A stretch of DNA of 62,453 nt from Candidatus Zipacnadia bacterium (GCA_029821195.1 JALGTU010000002.1:1-62453), one strand, 5' to 3'; positions 8,060 through 18,373 are shown, counted from the first letter of the stretch. Program-made: numbers and translations. The notes: a model not told the origin generated them from the letters alone.

Positions 8060-11000
8060 GTGAAGCCAACTATCGGGGAATTAACCAGAATCCCGGAAGA
8101 CATCGGGCCGGTCTCGCTCAGCAACCTGAGCGCGCTGCGCGACGAACTGGCCCAGGAGCCTGCTGAGCTGTCCCTGACTGCGGCTGCCCAGGTGACGCGA
8201 CTGCTGGACGACTACATTGCCGCCGACGGCGACGAAGCGGAGCGGACACTCGGAGAAATCCTGGATTCAGTCCTGGGCGAGGGTGGCGAGGGCTCGAGCA
8301 TCCTGGTGCAGGGCCCCGCGCGCAGCGGGAAATCGCATCTGCTGGCGGCGGCGGCCCTGCTGCTGGAATACCCGGCAGCGTGGCGCATCTTCTTGAGCCG
8401 ACACCCGCACTTTGAGGCGTGGCACCAGAGATTTCAACAAGCCCGTCCAGTGCTGGTCGTGCCCATCGCGCTCGATGAGCACCGGGGCGACCGGGACCAC
8501 CTCGAGGACATTGTCTTCGATCAAACGGCCCGGGAACTGGCGCGCCCCAAGTACAATGCCGCCGTGCCGCTGTCCCAGCAATCGTATGCACTCGAGCTGA
8601 TTGATCGCCACGTCGTGCCTCGCTACGCCGAGCAGCTCAACGAGCAGGCCCGCCACGAGCCGGGTGGCTACACCACCTGGGAGCAATTGCGGCGCCGTAG
8701 CCCGGGCGACGCTATTGCCCTGGCGCAACATGTCGCGCAACAACTGGGTTATCCGCTGGACTTCCGCCAGTCGCGCATCGAACGACTCTCACGCCTGCTG
8801 CAGCTCCTGCTCGAAGAGCATCTGCAGGGCGTGGTCTGGCTCATTGACGACCTGTCCGGGTTCCTGGCCAGCGCGGACCGCAAGGCCGTGCACAGCGACT
8901 GCAGCTTTCTGGAGTTCATCGGCCAGCGCAGCAAGATCGAGCCGCTGCACATCGTCGCAGGGATTGAGGACGGGCTTGAGTACATCATCGGTCTGGAACC
9001 GTACCTGATGGGCAGTCTGCGTAATCTGTACAAGGCGAGCTACGATCTGTCGGCCAAACAGATGACGCGGGTCGCCCGGCAACGGATGATCGGCCGGACC
9101 AGCGCCACCGAGCTCGATGCGGCCATCGAGCAGACCCTCGCGAGCTACCGAGATGCATTCGGCGAGCTAAGCTTCAGCGCCGATGACCTGCCGCAAACCT
9201 ATCCGCTCCACCCGCTGGCCCAGCAGTGCCTGGAAGCGAGTACGCAACGTTATGTCGCCGCCGCCGATGGCCTGCTGCAGTTCGCCGCCGCACCCGAGAG
9301 CAGCGGAGGCCTGGCGGCATTCGCTGACCGCGCCAATTGCCAGCTTATCGGCCCGAGCGAGCTGGTCCGTTACGCTCAGACCGCAGTCAGCTCGCACCCC
9401 GAGGCCAGCGCATACTTCAACGAGGTGCTTGACTTCTATGAACGCAACATCGTCGAACTTGTGCCGGAGAATCCCGAGCTCGCGCTGGACGTCATCCGCT
9501 GCATGATTGTCCTGCGTCTGGGCAACGTCCCGGCGTCGGCGAAAACGATTGCCGAATGCCTGGGTGTAGAGGCCAGCGGCGGCGCGCGGCTAACTGTGAC
9601 GCAGGCCCGCGAGATGCTGGAAGTGCTGCGCCTGACCAGTAACTATGTGGACGTACGCCGCGGGCCGGACCCGGAGTCTTCAGTCTACCTGATTGATGCG
9701 TATACCAACCTGACTAACCTGGTGCGGCAACGGCTCAACGCCGTCAAGGCCACGTTCGCCAACGAGGACTCGCGCCTGTGGCAGCGCATAATTGCCGCCT
9801 GTGAGACTCCCGCCTTCCCCCTGGCCGAATTGACGCGCAACCAGCTCTATGAGGTAGTCTGGGAAAACACGATCCGGTGCGTCGCGGTGCAGATTGCCAA
9901 CTTGTCCAGCCTCACTGCTCCGCAACTGGAGGCGCAATCGGCCGAACTGGCTGATCCGGCCACCCGTCAGGACTGTCAGATATTCCTCGGCGAGCTGCTG
10001 CGCGTGGCTGACCAGGAGAGCAGTTGGTCGCATCTGCAAGCTATCGCGGGCAAAGCGCGCTGGCACCACGGTCTGGTAGCGTGGCTACCCCGCCCCCTGA
10101 GCGCGGAGGAAGTGGAGATCGTTAAGCAAGCCGCGGCCTGCCACCAACTGCTGCAGCAGCCAGCACCGGAGGCCGAACTGCAAGGTGCGTGGCGGGGACG
10201 GCTGGTGGAAGAGCGGATGACGCTCGAGAACCAAGTCCGGCAAATTGCTGCCGATGCTTATTACCATGGGCAGATTTCTACATTTAGCGGCCTGGCGGTT
10301 TCTGCCGAGCAACTGGCGGCTACCACCGGGGACTGGGCGATTACGCTGGCGAGAATTGCCGAACCCAGCTTCAGCGCGCTGTTTCCCGATTTTTCCGCAG
10401 TAGCTCCACACCGGGTCATTACCAGTCAGGACCAGATTGACCAGATAGTGGCTGAGCTAATTACACCCGTTGAGATTGCCAATGCGGAGGGCTCGACCAT
10501 CCGCGAACTCGCCGAGGCTTTCCTGCTGCCGATGGGCCTGGTGCAGATTGATGACGAGACCATGCGGGTTGATCCCAGCACGAGCCCGGTGGCCGAGGAG
10601 ATTCTCAACCGCATCCGCCAGCGCGACCAGACCCCCCAGCAGGAACAGGGCCGGCCGCTGGCCTGCGCGGACCTCGCCCAGCACCTGCTCAAGTCACCAC
10701 TGGGACTGCCGCCGCATCTTTTCGAGCTGGCCATTGCCGTGCTGGTTCGCCTGGGCTATCTGGTGGCGCTGGACGCCGAGCACCAACCGCTGCGGTTCGC
10801 GGACATCCCCCTGCCCCTCGCCAGGCACGTCCACTACATTGCCCGGCCCGCGCTGCTGCCACTGACCAGTTGGCAGGCGCTGGGGAAGGTGGCGCGTATT
10901 GTCCTGGACACCGGCATCCCCGGCCCGAGCCTGCGCTTTCAACACCAGATTTGGCAGGAGTTGGTCACGGCCCGCGCGACCCAGCTTCGGCGCCTGGGCG

Positions 11001-12088
11001 AGATTGAGCAGCGACTCGACGAGCTGATCACCGCGCTGGAGCAGGCGCATAATAAGTGGAATGACTGCGCCCTGGACATCTCGGCGGCGAGTGAGTTTTA
11101 CGAGATGATTGAACCGAGCAAGCCCAGCTCGGAAGGGATCAGCGACTTCATCGGCAAGCTGGCGCCGTACCTCGACGCTAGCGAAGGCAGCACGCTGCTG
11201 CGGAACCTGCTGCGGCGGATTGATATCCTGGATGAGTTTGTCGAGCGGATGGGCCCGGAGCTAATCCGAATCAAGCAGTACCTGGCCAGCCCCCTGCTGC
11301 ACCTGCCCGAGGGCTCGGACCTGGGCCAGCGCCGTGATGCCCTGCACGAAGTGCTCGACAGCGGCGAGCAAATCATCGCCGACCAGGTGGCGTTCCACCG
11401 AGCAGTGCAGGTGTTTCTGACCCGTTACAAGCGCCACTATCAGGGCTGGCATAGCCGGGCACACCGTAACCCGACCTTCGAACAGTACCGGCGATTCCGG
11501 GCCACCCCCGAATACCGGGCGCTGACCCAGCTCCAGGGCCTCGATATCAAGGTCGAGCACGACGCGGCAAGCGTCGGTGAGATGATCGAGAATTTCCTGG
11601 CCCAACAGTGTAACAACCGCAATCTCGCCGAGGACCTCGAGCGCGAGCCAGTGTGCCCGCAGTGTCACCTCCGGCTCAACCAGGAGCTCCAACTCCCCGC
11701 CGTGGACGAACTGGCCCAGGCTACTCAGGACGGCCTGAGGGAATACTTCGCCGCGCTCAGCGGCTCCGGACTGCGCCAGAAGCTGAGTACCTACGCTCTG
11801 GCCCTGCCCCAGCAGGGCGACGTCAATGCCAAGCTCCACGCGCTGACCGAACTGGTCGGCGAGCCCAGCCCGACGCAGATCCTAAAACTGCTTACCGACG
11901 ACGTGATCGGGCATATCAACCGGGTTATCGCGGGCAAAACACTCATACCGCGTGATTTTGGTCAACTGCACGATATGCTGGCGGGCCGAGCGCTGACCAA
12001 ACAGGAAGTGCAGGCGCTCTTTAGCGCGTGGGTAGAGGGCAGTGGCGAAGATCTCGAGAACGACGACCTCCTCCAGATCGAAGAATAG
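8060..12088 (+). CDS. Very large P-loop NTPase, BrxC/PglY-like (DUF6079-type architecture), orphan
   Basis: 1,342 aa. An 84-aa leader precedes Walker A GPARSGKSHLL (8312-8344) and Walker B-like VVWLIDD (8831-8851). A long helical body follows, with a single CPQC (11654-11665) near the C-terminus. The family assignment comes from recalled architecture, not from a search. Confidence 0.55.
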   Translation: MKPTIGELTRIPEDIGPVSLSNLSALRDELAQEPAELSLTAAAQVTRLLDDYIAADGDEAERTLGEILDSVLGEGGEGSSILVQGPARSGKSHLLAAAALLLEYPAAWRIFLSRHPHFEAWHQRFQQARPVLVVPIALDEHRGDRDHLEDIVFDQTARELARPKYNAAVPLSQQSYALELIDRHVVPRYAEQLNEQARHEPGGYTTWEQLRRRSPGDAIALAQHVAQQLGYPLDFRQSRIERLSRLLQLLLEEHLQGVVWLIDDLSGFLASADRKAVHSDCSFLEFIGQRSKIEPLHIVAGIEDGLEYIIGLEPYLMGSLRNLYKASYDLSAKQMTRVARQRMIGRTSATELDAAIEQTLASYRDAFGELSFSADDLPQTYPLHPLAQQCLEASTQRYVAAADGLLQFAAAPESSGGLAAFADRANCQLIGPSELVRYAQTAVSSHPEASAYFNEVLDFYERNIVELVPENPELALDVIRCMIVLRLGNVPASAKTIAECLGVEASGGARLTVTQAREMLEVLRLTSNYVDVRRGPDPESSVYLIDAYTNLTNLVRQRLNAVKATFANEDSRLWQRIIAACETPAFPLAELTRNQLYEVVWENTIRCVAVQIANLSSLTAPQLEAQSAELADPATRQDCQIFLGELLRVADQESSWSHLQAIAGKARWHHGLVAWLPRPLSAEEVEIVKQAAACHQLLQQPAPEAELQGAWRGRLVEERMTLENQVRQIAADAYYHGQISTFSGLAVSAEQLAATTGDWAITLARIAEPSFSALFPDFSAVAPHRVITSQDQIDQIVAELITPVEIANAEGSTIRELAEAFLLPMGLVQIDDETMRVDPSTSPVAEEILNRIRQRDQTPQQEQGRPLACADLAQHLLKSPLGLPPHLFELAIAVLVRLGYLVALDAEHQPLRFADIPLPLARHVHYIARPALLPLTSWQALGKVARIVLDTGIPGPSLRFQHQIWQELVTARATQLRRLGEIEQRLDELITALEQAHNKWNDCALDISAASEFYEMIEPSKPSSEGISDFIGKLAPYLDASEGSTLLRNLLRRIDILDEFVERMGPELIRIKQYLASPLLHLPEGSDLGQRRDALHEVLDSGEQIIADQVAFHRAVQVFLTRYKRHYQGWHSRAHRNPTFEQYRRFRATPEYRALTQLQGLDIKVEHDAASVGEMIENFLAQQCNNRNLAEDLEREPVCPQCHLRLNQELQLPAVDELAQATQDGLREYFAALSGSGLRQKLSTYALALPQQGDVNAKLHALTELVGEPSPTQILKLLTDDVIGHINRVIAGKTLIPRDFGQLHDMLAGRALTKQEVQALFSAWVEGSGEDLENDDLLQIEE

Positions 12089-12311
12089 TACCAATAAGCG
12101 ATGAACGGCTTGTGGGAAACCCGCTTTTTAGGCAAAAAAAGCCGGTTTCCCACACCCTTCCGGCAAAAACTTTGTAAGTTGAGCAAGGCAGTTGACAACT
12201 GGATCGCGTCGTGGTTCACAGAAAACTGCGAATTGGGGTAGGAGGCTTTGACGGCTATTTCTACGGCGCTGAGAGGCTCATTAAGTTTGTCCTCGTGAAT
12301 AATGTAGGCTA
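12086..12311 (+). mobile_element. MITE-like intergenic element, copy B (226 bp)
   Basis: The left TA is the TA of the TAG stop of the 1,342-aa gene. The hairpin is at 12111-12154 (TGTGGGAAACC/GGTTTCCCACA). The right TIR CCTCGTGAATAATGTAGGC is followed by TA (12310-12311). Confidence 0.65.
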
Positions 12312-12428
12312 ACCCATACATCTGGCCTCGCCAGCTCTCTGGGACAATACGAGCAGCTTGTTCGGGAACTTCGTATCTCCTGCACCCGTCAAATGATTGA
12401 GCCTAAGGGACCCAAGTAGGCAACCATC

Positions 12429-13145
12429 ATGAGCACACCCAACGCCCAAAATTTGCATCGCATGACTGTGGGGGTGGCCGTGCTGGCCATCGCCGGAGCC
12501 ATCGGACTGGCGTTGGTCGTGCTGTGGCCTCGACTGCCACCTACTGAAGAAGCGACTCCCGCGCCGCGCGAGGAGCAAGCCGAACCGGGCGTGACCATCA
12601 CGCGCCCGCTGATCAAGCATACGGAGAATGGGCGGCTCGCCTGGCAAGCGCAGCTCCGGGAACTTCATCTGTCCCACGGCGGCGAAATGCTCGAGGCTAA
12701 GGGCCTCGAGGAGGCCATTATCTATAGTAAGGCGGGCGCGCCACTGGTGCGGATAACTGCCGACAAGATCAGCGGCAATACCGGGCAGCGAGACTTCGAT
12801 GTCAGCGGAAATGTGCGGGTGGTCTCGTACCGGGGCGCGATTATCACTACCGCTGAAGCGAGTTGGAACCAGAAGGAGGAGGTGATCCGATGCCCGGGTA
12901 AGGTCACGCTGAAGAGCAAGCAAGCGATCATTACCGCAACTAAGCTAGACTACTTCGCCGCCGAGGACCTGATAAAATGCCCGGAGCAGGTGCGGATGTA
13001 TGCCGGCGATAACACGGTGATCGGCCGCAAGCTAGTATACAATATCGAGACGGGCAACTTCGCTCTCAACGAGGTGCAGATGGTCTTCCACGCCGAAGAG
13101 GCCAAAGAAAAACTGAGCGAGATAAGGGAGCTGCAAGAAGAATGA
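12429..13145 (+). CDS. LptC-like periplasmic LPS-export protein (N-terminal membrane anchor plus OstA-like fold)
   Basis: 238 aa. One N-terminal TM helix is followed by beta-jellyroll-like repeats (ISGNTGQRDFDVSGNVRVV..., VIGRKLVYNIETGNFAL). The stop overlaps the next gene (ATGA at 13142-13145). Confidence 0.5.
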   Translation: MSTPNAQNLHRMTVGVAVLAIAGAIGLALVVLWPRLPPTEEATPAPREEQAEPGVTITRPLIKHTENGRLAWQAQLRELHLSHGGEMLEAKGLEEAIIYSKAGAPLVRITADKISGNTGQRDFDVSGNVRVVSYRGAIITTAEASWNQKEEVIRCPGKVTLKSKQAIITATKLDYFAAEDLIKCPEQVRMYAGDNTVIGRKLVYNIETGNFALNEVQMVFHAEEAKEKLSEIRELQEE

Positions 13146-13927
13146 GAAACTGGACGATTGTGGGCGCAGCGGCGTTGGGCGCACTGATCTTGCTGGCTGG
13201 CTTGGCCACTGCCCACCCGCCCGTGGCCGCTCAGCCACCACCACCACCGGAGCCGCCCGCCCTGGCACCGGAGCCTGAGACCCAGGAAACCGAAGAAGAC
13301 GAGGATATTGTCAAGGTCGAGCACGCCGCCTTGGTCGAATATGACGCCGCCCGGGAAATCTACTACTTATCCGGGAACGTGATCTTCAGCCACCAGGACG
13401 TCAAGATGTATTGCGACGAAGCGTGGTATAACGAGGCCGATGACAGCGCTCGCGCCACCGGGCATCTCAAGATCGTGGACCCAGAAGCGACTATCACCGG
13501 CGACCTGTGTACCGCCGACTTCGATGCCGAAGTCGCCACAATAACCGGTAACGTGACTATGGTCACGCAAAAGAAAAAGAAAGAGTCCGAGGGCGAAGAG
13601 GAAAAGTCCAGCAAGTTTGATGAATACCGGGAGAAGAAGACCACCATCACGTGCCCGAAGATAGTCTACGAGTACGCCGACGATGTGAAGAAGGCCAACA
13701 TCTTCGGGCGGATAAAGGCAGTCCAGGAGGATAAAACGGCCTGGGCCGACCACGCGGTTTACGAAGAGCTCGCAGACATTGTCACGCTGACGGGAAATGT
13801 GCTGGTCAGGACGGAGAAGGGCGAAGAGTTCCGCTCGCCCGAGGTTGTCATCGCCACTGAGGACGAGTGGATGAAGGCCAAGGACGTCACCGGCATAACC
13901 TTCCGCAAGAAGAAGGCCGAGGAGTAA
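13142..13927 (+). CDS. LptA/OstA-like periplasmic protein with an internal Lys/Glu-rich insert
   Basis: 261 aa with a signal peptide. OstA-like segments are present (YYLSGNVIFSHQDVKMYCDEAWYN, TLTGNVLVRTEKGEEFRSPEVVI). A charged insert QKKKKESEGEEEKSSKFDEYREKK is also present. Confidence 0.5.
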   Translation: MRNWTIVGAAALGALILLAGLATAHPPVAAQPPPPPEPPALAPEPETQETEEDEDIVKVEHAALVEYDAAREIYYLSGNVIFSHQDVKMYCDEAWYNEADDSARATGHLKIVDPEATITGDLCTADFDAEVATITGNVTMVTQKKKKESEGEEEKSSKFDEYREKKTTITCPKIVYEYADDVKKANIFGRIKAVQEDKTAWADHAVYEELADIVTLTGNVLVRTEKGEEFRSPEVVIATEDEWMKAKDVTGITFRKKKAEE

Positions 13928-13969
13928 CGCGACAGCGGCGGGGTCATCCGTGTGCTCACCCCGGCCGGT

Positions 13970-15106
13970 TTAGTACAACCGCTGAATCCGCTCCCAAAAC
14001 AACGCGCGGCGAAAGGCCCGGTTGACTTCCATCGCGGTATCGGCTACCGACTTGCCGACCAGTGCCGCATCCTCCGGATATATGGTGAACAAGATCTTGT
14101 CGCGGGCGGCAATTGCGGTGTGGTTCTGGTGACTGACCGTACGGAACTCGAAGGCCCGCGCGCCGTCGCGCAACACCTGGGTCAGGGCTTCGACCATCCG
14201 CTGTCCGCGCACAGTGACGTCACCCTCGTCCGGTGCGTCGGCAAACGCAAATAGCTCCTGGTCCCACAGCTTCAAAATCTGCGCAGGCCTGCCGCCGACT
14301 TCACCCTCCTCTACAATCGGCGGGTCCCATTTGGTGACGGCTCGCCGATTTATTTCCACGCCCGCGTCTTGTATGAGATGAGTGAGGTGGGAAACGCGTT
14401 GGGTGGACAGCGGGTGGGTCTGGAAGATGCCAAGCTCGGTGGTAGGTCTGCTGCGTTCCTCGCGCGCCAGACGCTCCATGAAGGTAAGCAGCCCTACTGG
14501 ATTGTACCCGGCTCCCAGCAGATAGGAAAGCGCGTTGCGGTCCGCGCGGCTCTCGATCTCGATCGAGTACTTCGACAGTATCCCGCGGGTGACTACCTGG
14601 CCCGCCGTCAGCACGCCGTAGGTCGTATCGTCGCTGCGCCCCGTGGCTATCGAGAGGATCAGCGCGACAGCGGTCGCCAAGGACATATCGTGGGCCCGCT
14701 TGAGCTGGTCAAGCACATCGTAGGTGCAGTTGTGCGCCATTTCATGGGCGATAATGCCGGCTAACTGCGCCTCCGACTCCACCGCATTCAGCACGCCCTT
14801 GTAGATGTAAATGTGCCCTCCCGGCACGCTGAAGGCGTTCACCTCCTCGTCATCCAGCAAGACTACCTGATACGCCACATCGGGCCGCTGCGTATGGGCG
14901 GCCAGGTCGGCGACTATCTTCTCCACACGTTGTTGCTGCTCTTCGTTCTCGTATACCTTGTACTCCTTGGCAATCTCCGCTGCGGTACGGTCGCCGACCT
15001 GCTTTTCGTACTCCTCGCTCCACTCGCGAGCCGTCGCTACCCCGACGCTGAGGAGCGCCGCCAGGGCAACTGCAATCAAGCTCTTCGGATATCGCAATGC
15101 GTTCAT
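13970..15106 (-). CDS. M48-family zinc metalloprotease (BepA/YfgC-like)
   Basis: 378 aa with a signal peptide, the HEMAH zinc motif (IIAHEMAHN) and a downstream ESRADRNAL segment. Confidence 0.75.
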   Translation of the reverse strand: MNALRYPKSLIAVALAALLSVGVATAREWSEEYEKQVGDRTAAEIAKEYKVYENEEQQQRVEKIVADLAAHTQRPDVAYQVVLLDDEEVNAFSVPGGHIYIYKGVLNAVESEAQLAGIIAHEMAHNCTYDVLDQLKRAHDMSLATAVALILSIATGRSDDTTYGVLTAGQVVTRGILSKYSIEIESRADRNALSYLLGAGYNPVGLLTFMERLAREERSRPTTELGIFQTHPLSTQRVSHLTHLIQDAGVEINRRAVTKWDPPIVEEGEVGGRPAQILKLWDQELFAFADAPDEGDVTVRGQRMVEALTQVLRDGARAFEFRTVSHQNHTAIAARDKILFTIYPEDAALVGKSVADTAMEVNRAFRRALFWERIQRLY

Positions 15107-15188
15107 CTGCCTATCTCCACGTACTTAGACGCCCTCTCCCCTTGAAAGTTCTGTCTGCCAGAGGAGGGAGTGAGCCGCACGGTCCGGA

Positions 15189-16931
15189 TCAATTCCTGAC
15201 CGCATATATCCGCACGTCGCCACCAACGAAGGCCAGCTTCAAACAAGGCAAACCGATAGTCGGGTCCCACGTCGCGTCGGGGTCAAGGAGACCACCGGCA
15301 GCCATGCCCTGCTGCACCAGTTTCTCCTGGGGTCCGTAGACGACGAAGTCGGCGTTCGTCCTGCGGAGGATATCCTCGCGTTCGTCCACATCCCAGCCGG
15401 GCCAGTAGAAATAACCCAGCTCGCGCAGCGCCGAGGAGAAGTTGATAGTCTCGGCCCAGTGGCCCGCGACTACGCGGCAGGAGGTATGCGCGGGAATATG
15501 ATTGCCGATGAGCGAAGAGGAGAAGACTAGCGCGCCGTCCGGAGCATTGGCGGCGAGCCAGGTTAAGGCGGTCTTCTCGGCTTTGGTTAGGTATGCCGGC
15601 GGCATCAGGTATTGCAGCATATCAACGTTATTCACCGCTACGTGATCCAGGCAATCAGCCACAAACACGACGTTCGACGGAATGGTGAGCAAGACAGTTA
15701 CCACCAGCAGGAGCCCAAACGAGAGGCGGCCTCTGAGCCACTCATGCATTCGGACCAACCCCACCGCGGCGAGAATGCACAGCGGCAGGTGCAGCCCCTC
15801 GATCAGCTTACGCTGGAACGAGGCGGGCAAGTATATCAACCCCAAACCCAGCACTATCCAAACCAGCGGAAAGAGCAGCGCTGAGCCAGAACTCTCCTCC
15901 ACCCCATCATCAGCACTCCTGCGGCGGCGAATCACCCACACGGCGCCAACTATCGCCAGCAAAAGCACCAGCCCGTAGCCCAGAGCGTAATCCCACGGCA
16001 TAGCCGAGTGCGTGGGGGTCTGGACCTTGGCCAGGTATGCGGGATCGGCACGGGCGGCGTAATATGCCCACAGCGGCGCGCCGGCACCGAGCAAGGCGAT
16101 CAGAGCGTAGCGCGCCGTCGCCGCACGCCACGACAATCTCCTGCTCACGGCGGCTAACACGAACCACACCAGGAGGGCTGAATAGGCGACGAAAACGTCG
16201 TACGAATGGATATTCCCCAGCAGCAGTAAGAGCAGTCCGCAGATAACAGTGCTGCGCAGGCCAGATTCGGGCCGGGCGGCGCGCAGGCCATAGCGGAATA
16301 CGAGGCATAGTAGGCCCATCGCGGTGACAAACAACGGATTGAGCAGCAGCGAGAGGAAGGTGACCGCCTCAGGCTGGACCTGCCAACCGAAAGCGACATC
16401 TATTGGTCGCGCACCCGACCAAGAGCCAAAGGGCAATCCGCTGCCCCGGGCTTGCAGGTAGGTGAACCACCCGAGCCCAGACGATAGCGCCGCTATCACT
16501 ACGGCCGATAGCCGAACACGCCGACTCGGAGTCAACTCCGCGACGAGCAGAAAGAAGGCGTAGAGCAGGAATATGCCGCCGATGACCCGCGCCAGGTGGA
16601 AGACTATGATGGGCGCGAGGCCAGTAAGGGCACAGAACCGGCCCAGGGCCAGCAGAAAAACGTTGAAGAAGTGTGGGTCCTGCGGGGCAGCGGTGTACTG
16701 GTTGCCCAGCAGCCAACTGCCCTCAGCGGCCTGGCGAATCCACGACAGATAGACGTTGCCGTCATCCACGCCCCAAATGAAGCCAGCGAAGTAGTCGCCG
16801 GGATTAGCCATCTGCAGCGCGCGCAGGTAAGGCAACGTGGTCAGCACCATCACGGCCCCGGCCAGCCCCAACACGATGGAAACCTCGCGGCGACTGATTG
16901 TGATACGCCCGGCCTGCATCATAATGCCCAA
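15189..16931 (-). CDS. Polytopic GT-C-fold-like membrane glycosyltransferase (ArnT/PMT-like)
   Basis: 580 aa. At least 12 hydrophobic helices are followed by a C-terminal soluble domain. The gene lies 4 nt downstream of the radical SAM gene. The start may be TTG at 16931 or ATG at 16922/16919. Confidence 0.5.
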   Translation of the reverse strand: MGIMMQAGRITISRREVSIVLGLAGAVMVLTTLPYLRALQMANPGDYFAGFIWGVDDGNVYLSWIRQAAEGSWLLGNQYTAAPQDPHFFNVFLLALGRFCALTGLAPIIVFHLARVIGGIFLLYAFFLLVAELTPSRRVRLSAVVIAALSSGLGWFTYLQARGSGLPFGSWSGARPIDVAFGWQVQPEAVTFLSLLLNPLFVTAMGLLCLVFRYGLRAARPESGLRSTVICGLLLLLLGNIHSYDVFVAYSALLVWFVLAAVSRRLSWRAATARYALIALLGAGAPLWAYYAARADPAYLAKVQTPTHSAMPWDYALGYGLVLLLAIVGAVWVIRRRRSADDGVEESSGSALLFPLVWIVLGLGLIYLPASFQRKLIEGLHLPLCILAAVGLVRMHEWLRGRLSFGLLLVVTVLLTIPSNVVFVADCLDHVAVNNVDMLQYLMPPAYLTKAEKTALTWLAANAPDGALVFSSSLIGNHIPAHTSCRVVAGHWAETINFSSALRELGYFYWPGWDVDEREDILRRTNADFVVYGPQEKLVQQGMAAGGLLDPDATWDPTIGLPCLKLAFVGGDVRIYAVRN

Positions 16932-16934
16932 CGC

Positions 16935-18302
16935 TCAGAACCGTTTTATCTTCAGCAGAGCTTTGCGGAGACCCGATATGCCCAGTACCGAGCGGAGCGT
17001 CCGCAGCAGGCGGCGACGGCCCAGGTAGAACTGGAGGTAGCCGAGCTTCTTGAACCAGTCCAGGCGAGCCGCCGGCAGGACGCTGTCACTATCATAGACG
17101 GCGCTCCTGTAATAGTCAAACGCGGAGAAGTCGCGGCCAATCAGCTCCTGGGTCTTGCGGTACAGATGTGTTCCGGGCAGCGGCGTCGTGATGCTGAAGG
17201 TGACGTCGTCCAGCGGCAGCTCCTTGGCGAGCCGCAGCGTAGCACGAGTCTCCTGCTCGGTCTCAGTGGGCGCGCCGAGCATGAAATAGCCGCGCACGCG
17301 CAGGCCGAGGTCCTTGGCCGTGTGCACCGCTTCGCGTGCCTGCGCGAGCGTGATGTTCTTCTGGTAGATGTCGTCGAGGATGCGCTGCGTGGCGGATTCA
17401 ATTCCCAGGTGTACCACCCGCAGTCCCGCCTGCTGCATCATCGCCAGGGTCTCACGCTGCACGATATCCGCCCGCAGGTTACAGCCCCACACCAGGCCAC
17501 TGTTCCAGTCAATAAGCGCCCGGCACAACTCACTGAGCCAGGCACGGTCTATGCCGAAGGTGTCGTCGAGCCACATCACACCGGCGATGCCATAACGCTC
17601 CTTCAGCTCCACCAGCTCGCCGAGGATATTGTCCACGCCACGGAAGCGAATGCGCCGACCAAAGATCCGGCGCAAGGTGGGCTGGCAGTAGGCACAGTCA
17701 TAAGGGCAGCCGCGCGAAGCGATTATTGAAGTGCCCCGCAGGCCATAGGCCACCGCATCGAGCTGGTACCACACCCGCAAGTATCGCGCCATCGGCAGCA
17801 GGTCCCAGGCCGGATACGGGATGGCGTCCAGGTTTGCCACGAAGTCCGTGGGGCCACTGTCCACTACTTCTCCCTCACTGCGGTAGCGAAAGCCGGGCAC
17901 GCGCGAGAAATCGAGGTCGGCCTCAATCAACTTCGTCCAGCTACGCTCGGCTTCGCCAATCGCCACCGCGTCCACTCCCGGCAAGGCCAGCGTCTGCTCC
18001 GGGAGTATCGTTGCATGAGGGCCGCCGACCACCACCGTCGTCTCGGGGCTTACCTGCCTAACCAGCGCGGCAATGTCACGCACCTCGGCGATCATCGAAG
18101 TCAGCGCGGTGATACCTATCACGTCGTAGTGCGTTTCCTGGAGTTTCTGGCGTAAGACCCGCAGCGGATGCTTGACGAAGGTCGCGTCGAATATCTCGAC
18201 CTGGGCGTCAGTCTGACGCACACAGGAGGCCAGGTAGGCCACGCCCAACGGCGGATCGCCCGAGGGATATCTAAACCTGGGAAAAACAAGTAGTATTCTC
18301 AT
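16935..18302 (-). CDS. Class B (cobalamin-binding) radical SAM enzyme
   Basis: An N-terminal B12-binding-like domain (MRILLVFPRF...GITALTS...VVVGGPHAT) is followed by the CxxxCxxC cluster CPYDCAYC. I prefer ATG at 18302 over the track start at 18332. Confidence 0.8.
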   Translation of the reverse strand: MRILLVFPRFRYPSGDPPLGVAYLASCVRQTDAQVEIFDATFVKHPLRVLRQKLQETHYDVIGITALTSMIAEVRDIAALVRQVSPETTVVVGGPHATILPEQTLALPGVDAVAIGEAERSWTKLIEADLDFSRVPGFRYRSEGEVVDSGPTDFVANLDAIPYPAWDLLPMARYLRVWYQLDAVAYGLRGTSIIASRGCPYDCAYCQPTLRRIFGRRIRFRGVDNILGELVELKERYGIAGVMWLDDTFGIDRAWLSELCRALIDWNSGLVWGCNLRADIVQRETLAMMQQAGLRVVHLGIESATQRILDDIYQKNITLAQAREAVHTAKDLGLRVRGYFMLGAPTETEQETRATLRLAKELPLDDVTFSITTPLPGTHLYRKTQELIGRDFSAFDYYRSAVYDSDSVLPAARLDWFKKLGYLQFYLGRRRLLRTLRSVLGISGLRKALLKIKRF

Positions 18303-18373
18303 ATTGGACTTTTCTTCGGCGACGTGATGCATGAAGTTGTATTAAGAAAGCGATATTGTTTGGAAAACTGGCG

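Noticed and set aside
8060-12088. Calling the region a BREX or other multi-gene defence island.
   Set aside because: No methyltransferase, PglZ, nuclease, RT, TIR, Sir2 or other defence-type partner genes are adjacent. The flanks are membrane and Lpt genes, and composition looks native. Only the orphan ATPase is reported.
16596-17729. Long antisense ORFs opposite well-supported genes. Examples are 16596..17729 (+), 25953..26714 (+), 30236..31147 (+), 35014..36621 (+), 38644..39756 (+), 50360..51508 (+), 8267..8743 (-) and 11261..11839 (-).
   Set aside because: They are typical shadow ORFs of a high-GC genome. They are Arg/Gly/Ala/Pro-rich, carry no motifs, and each lies opposite a gene with clear family signatures (radical SAM, priA, coaBC, the giant surface protein, smc and the NTPase).
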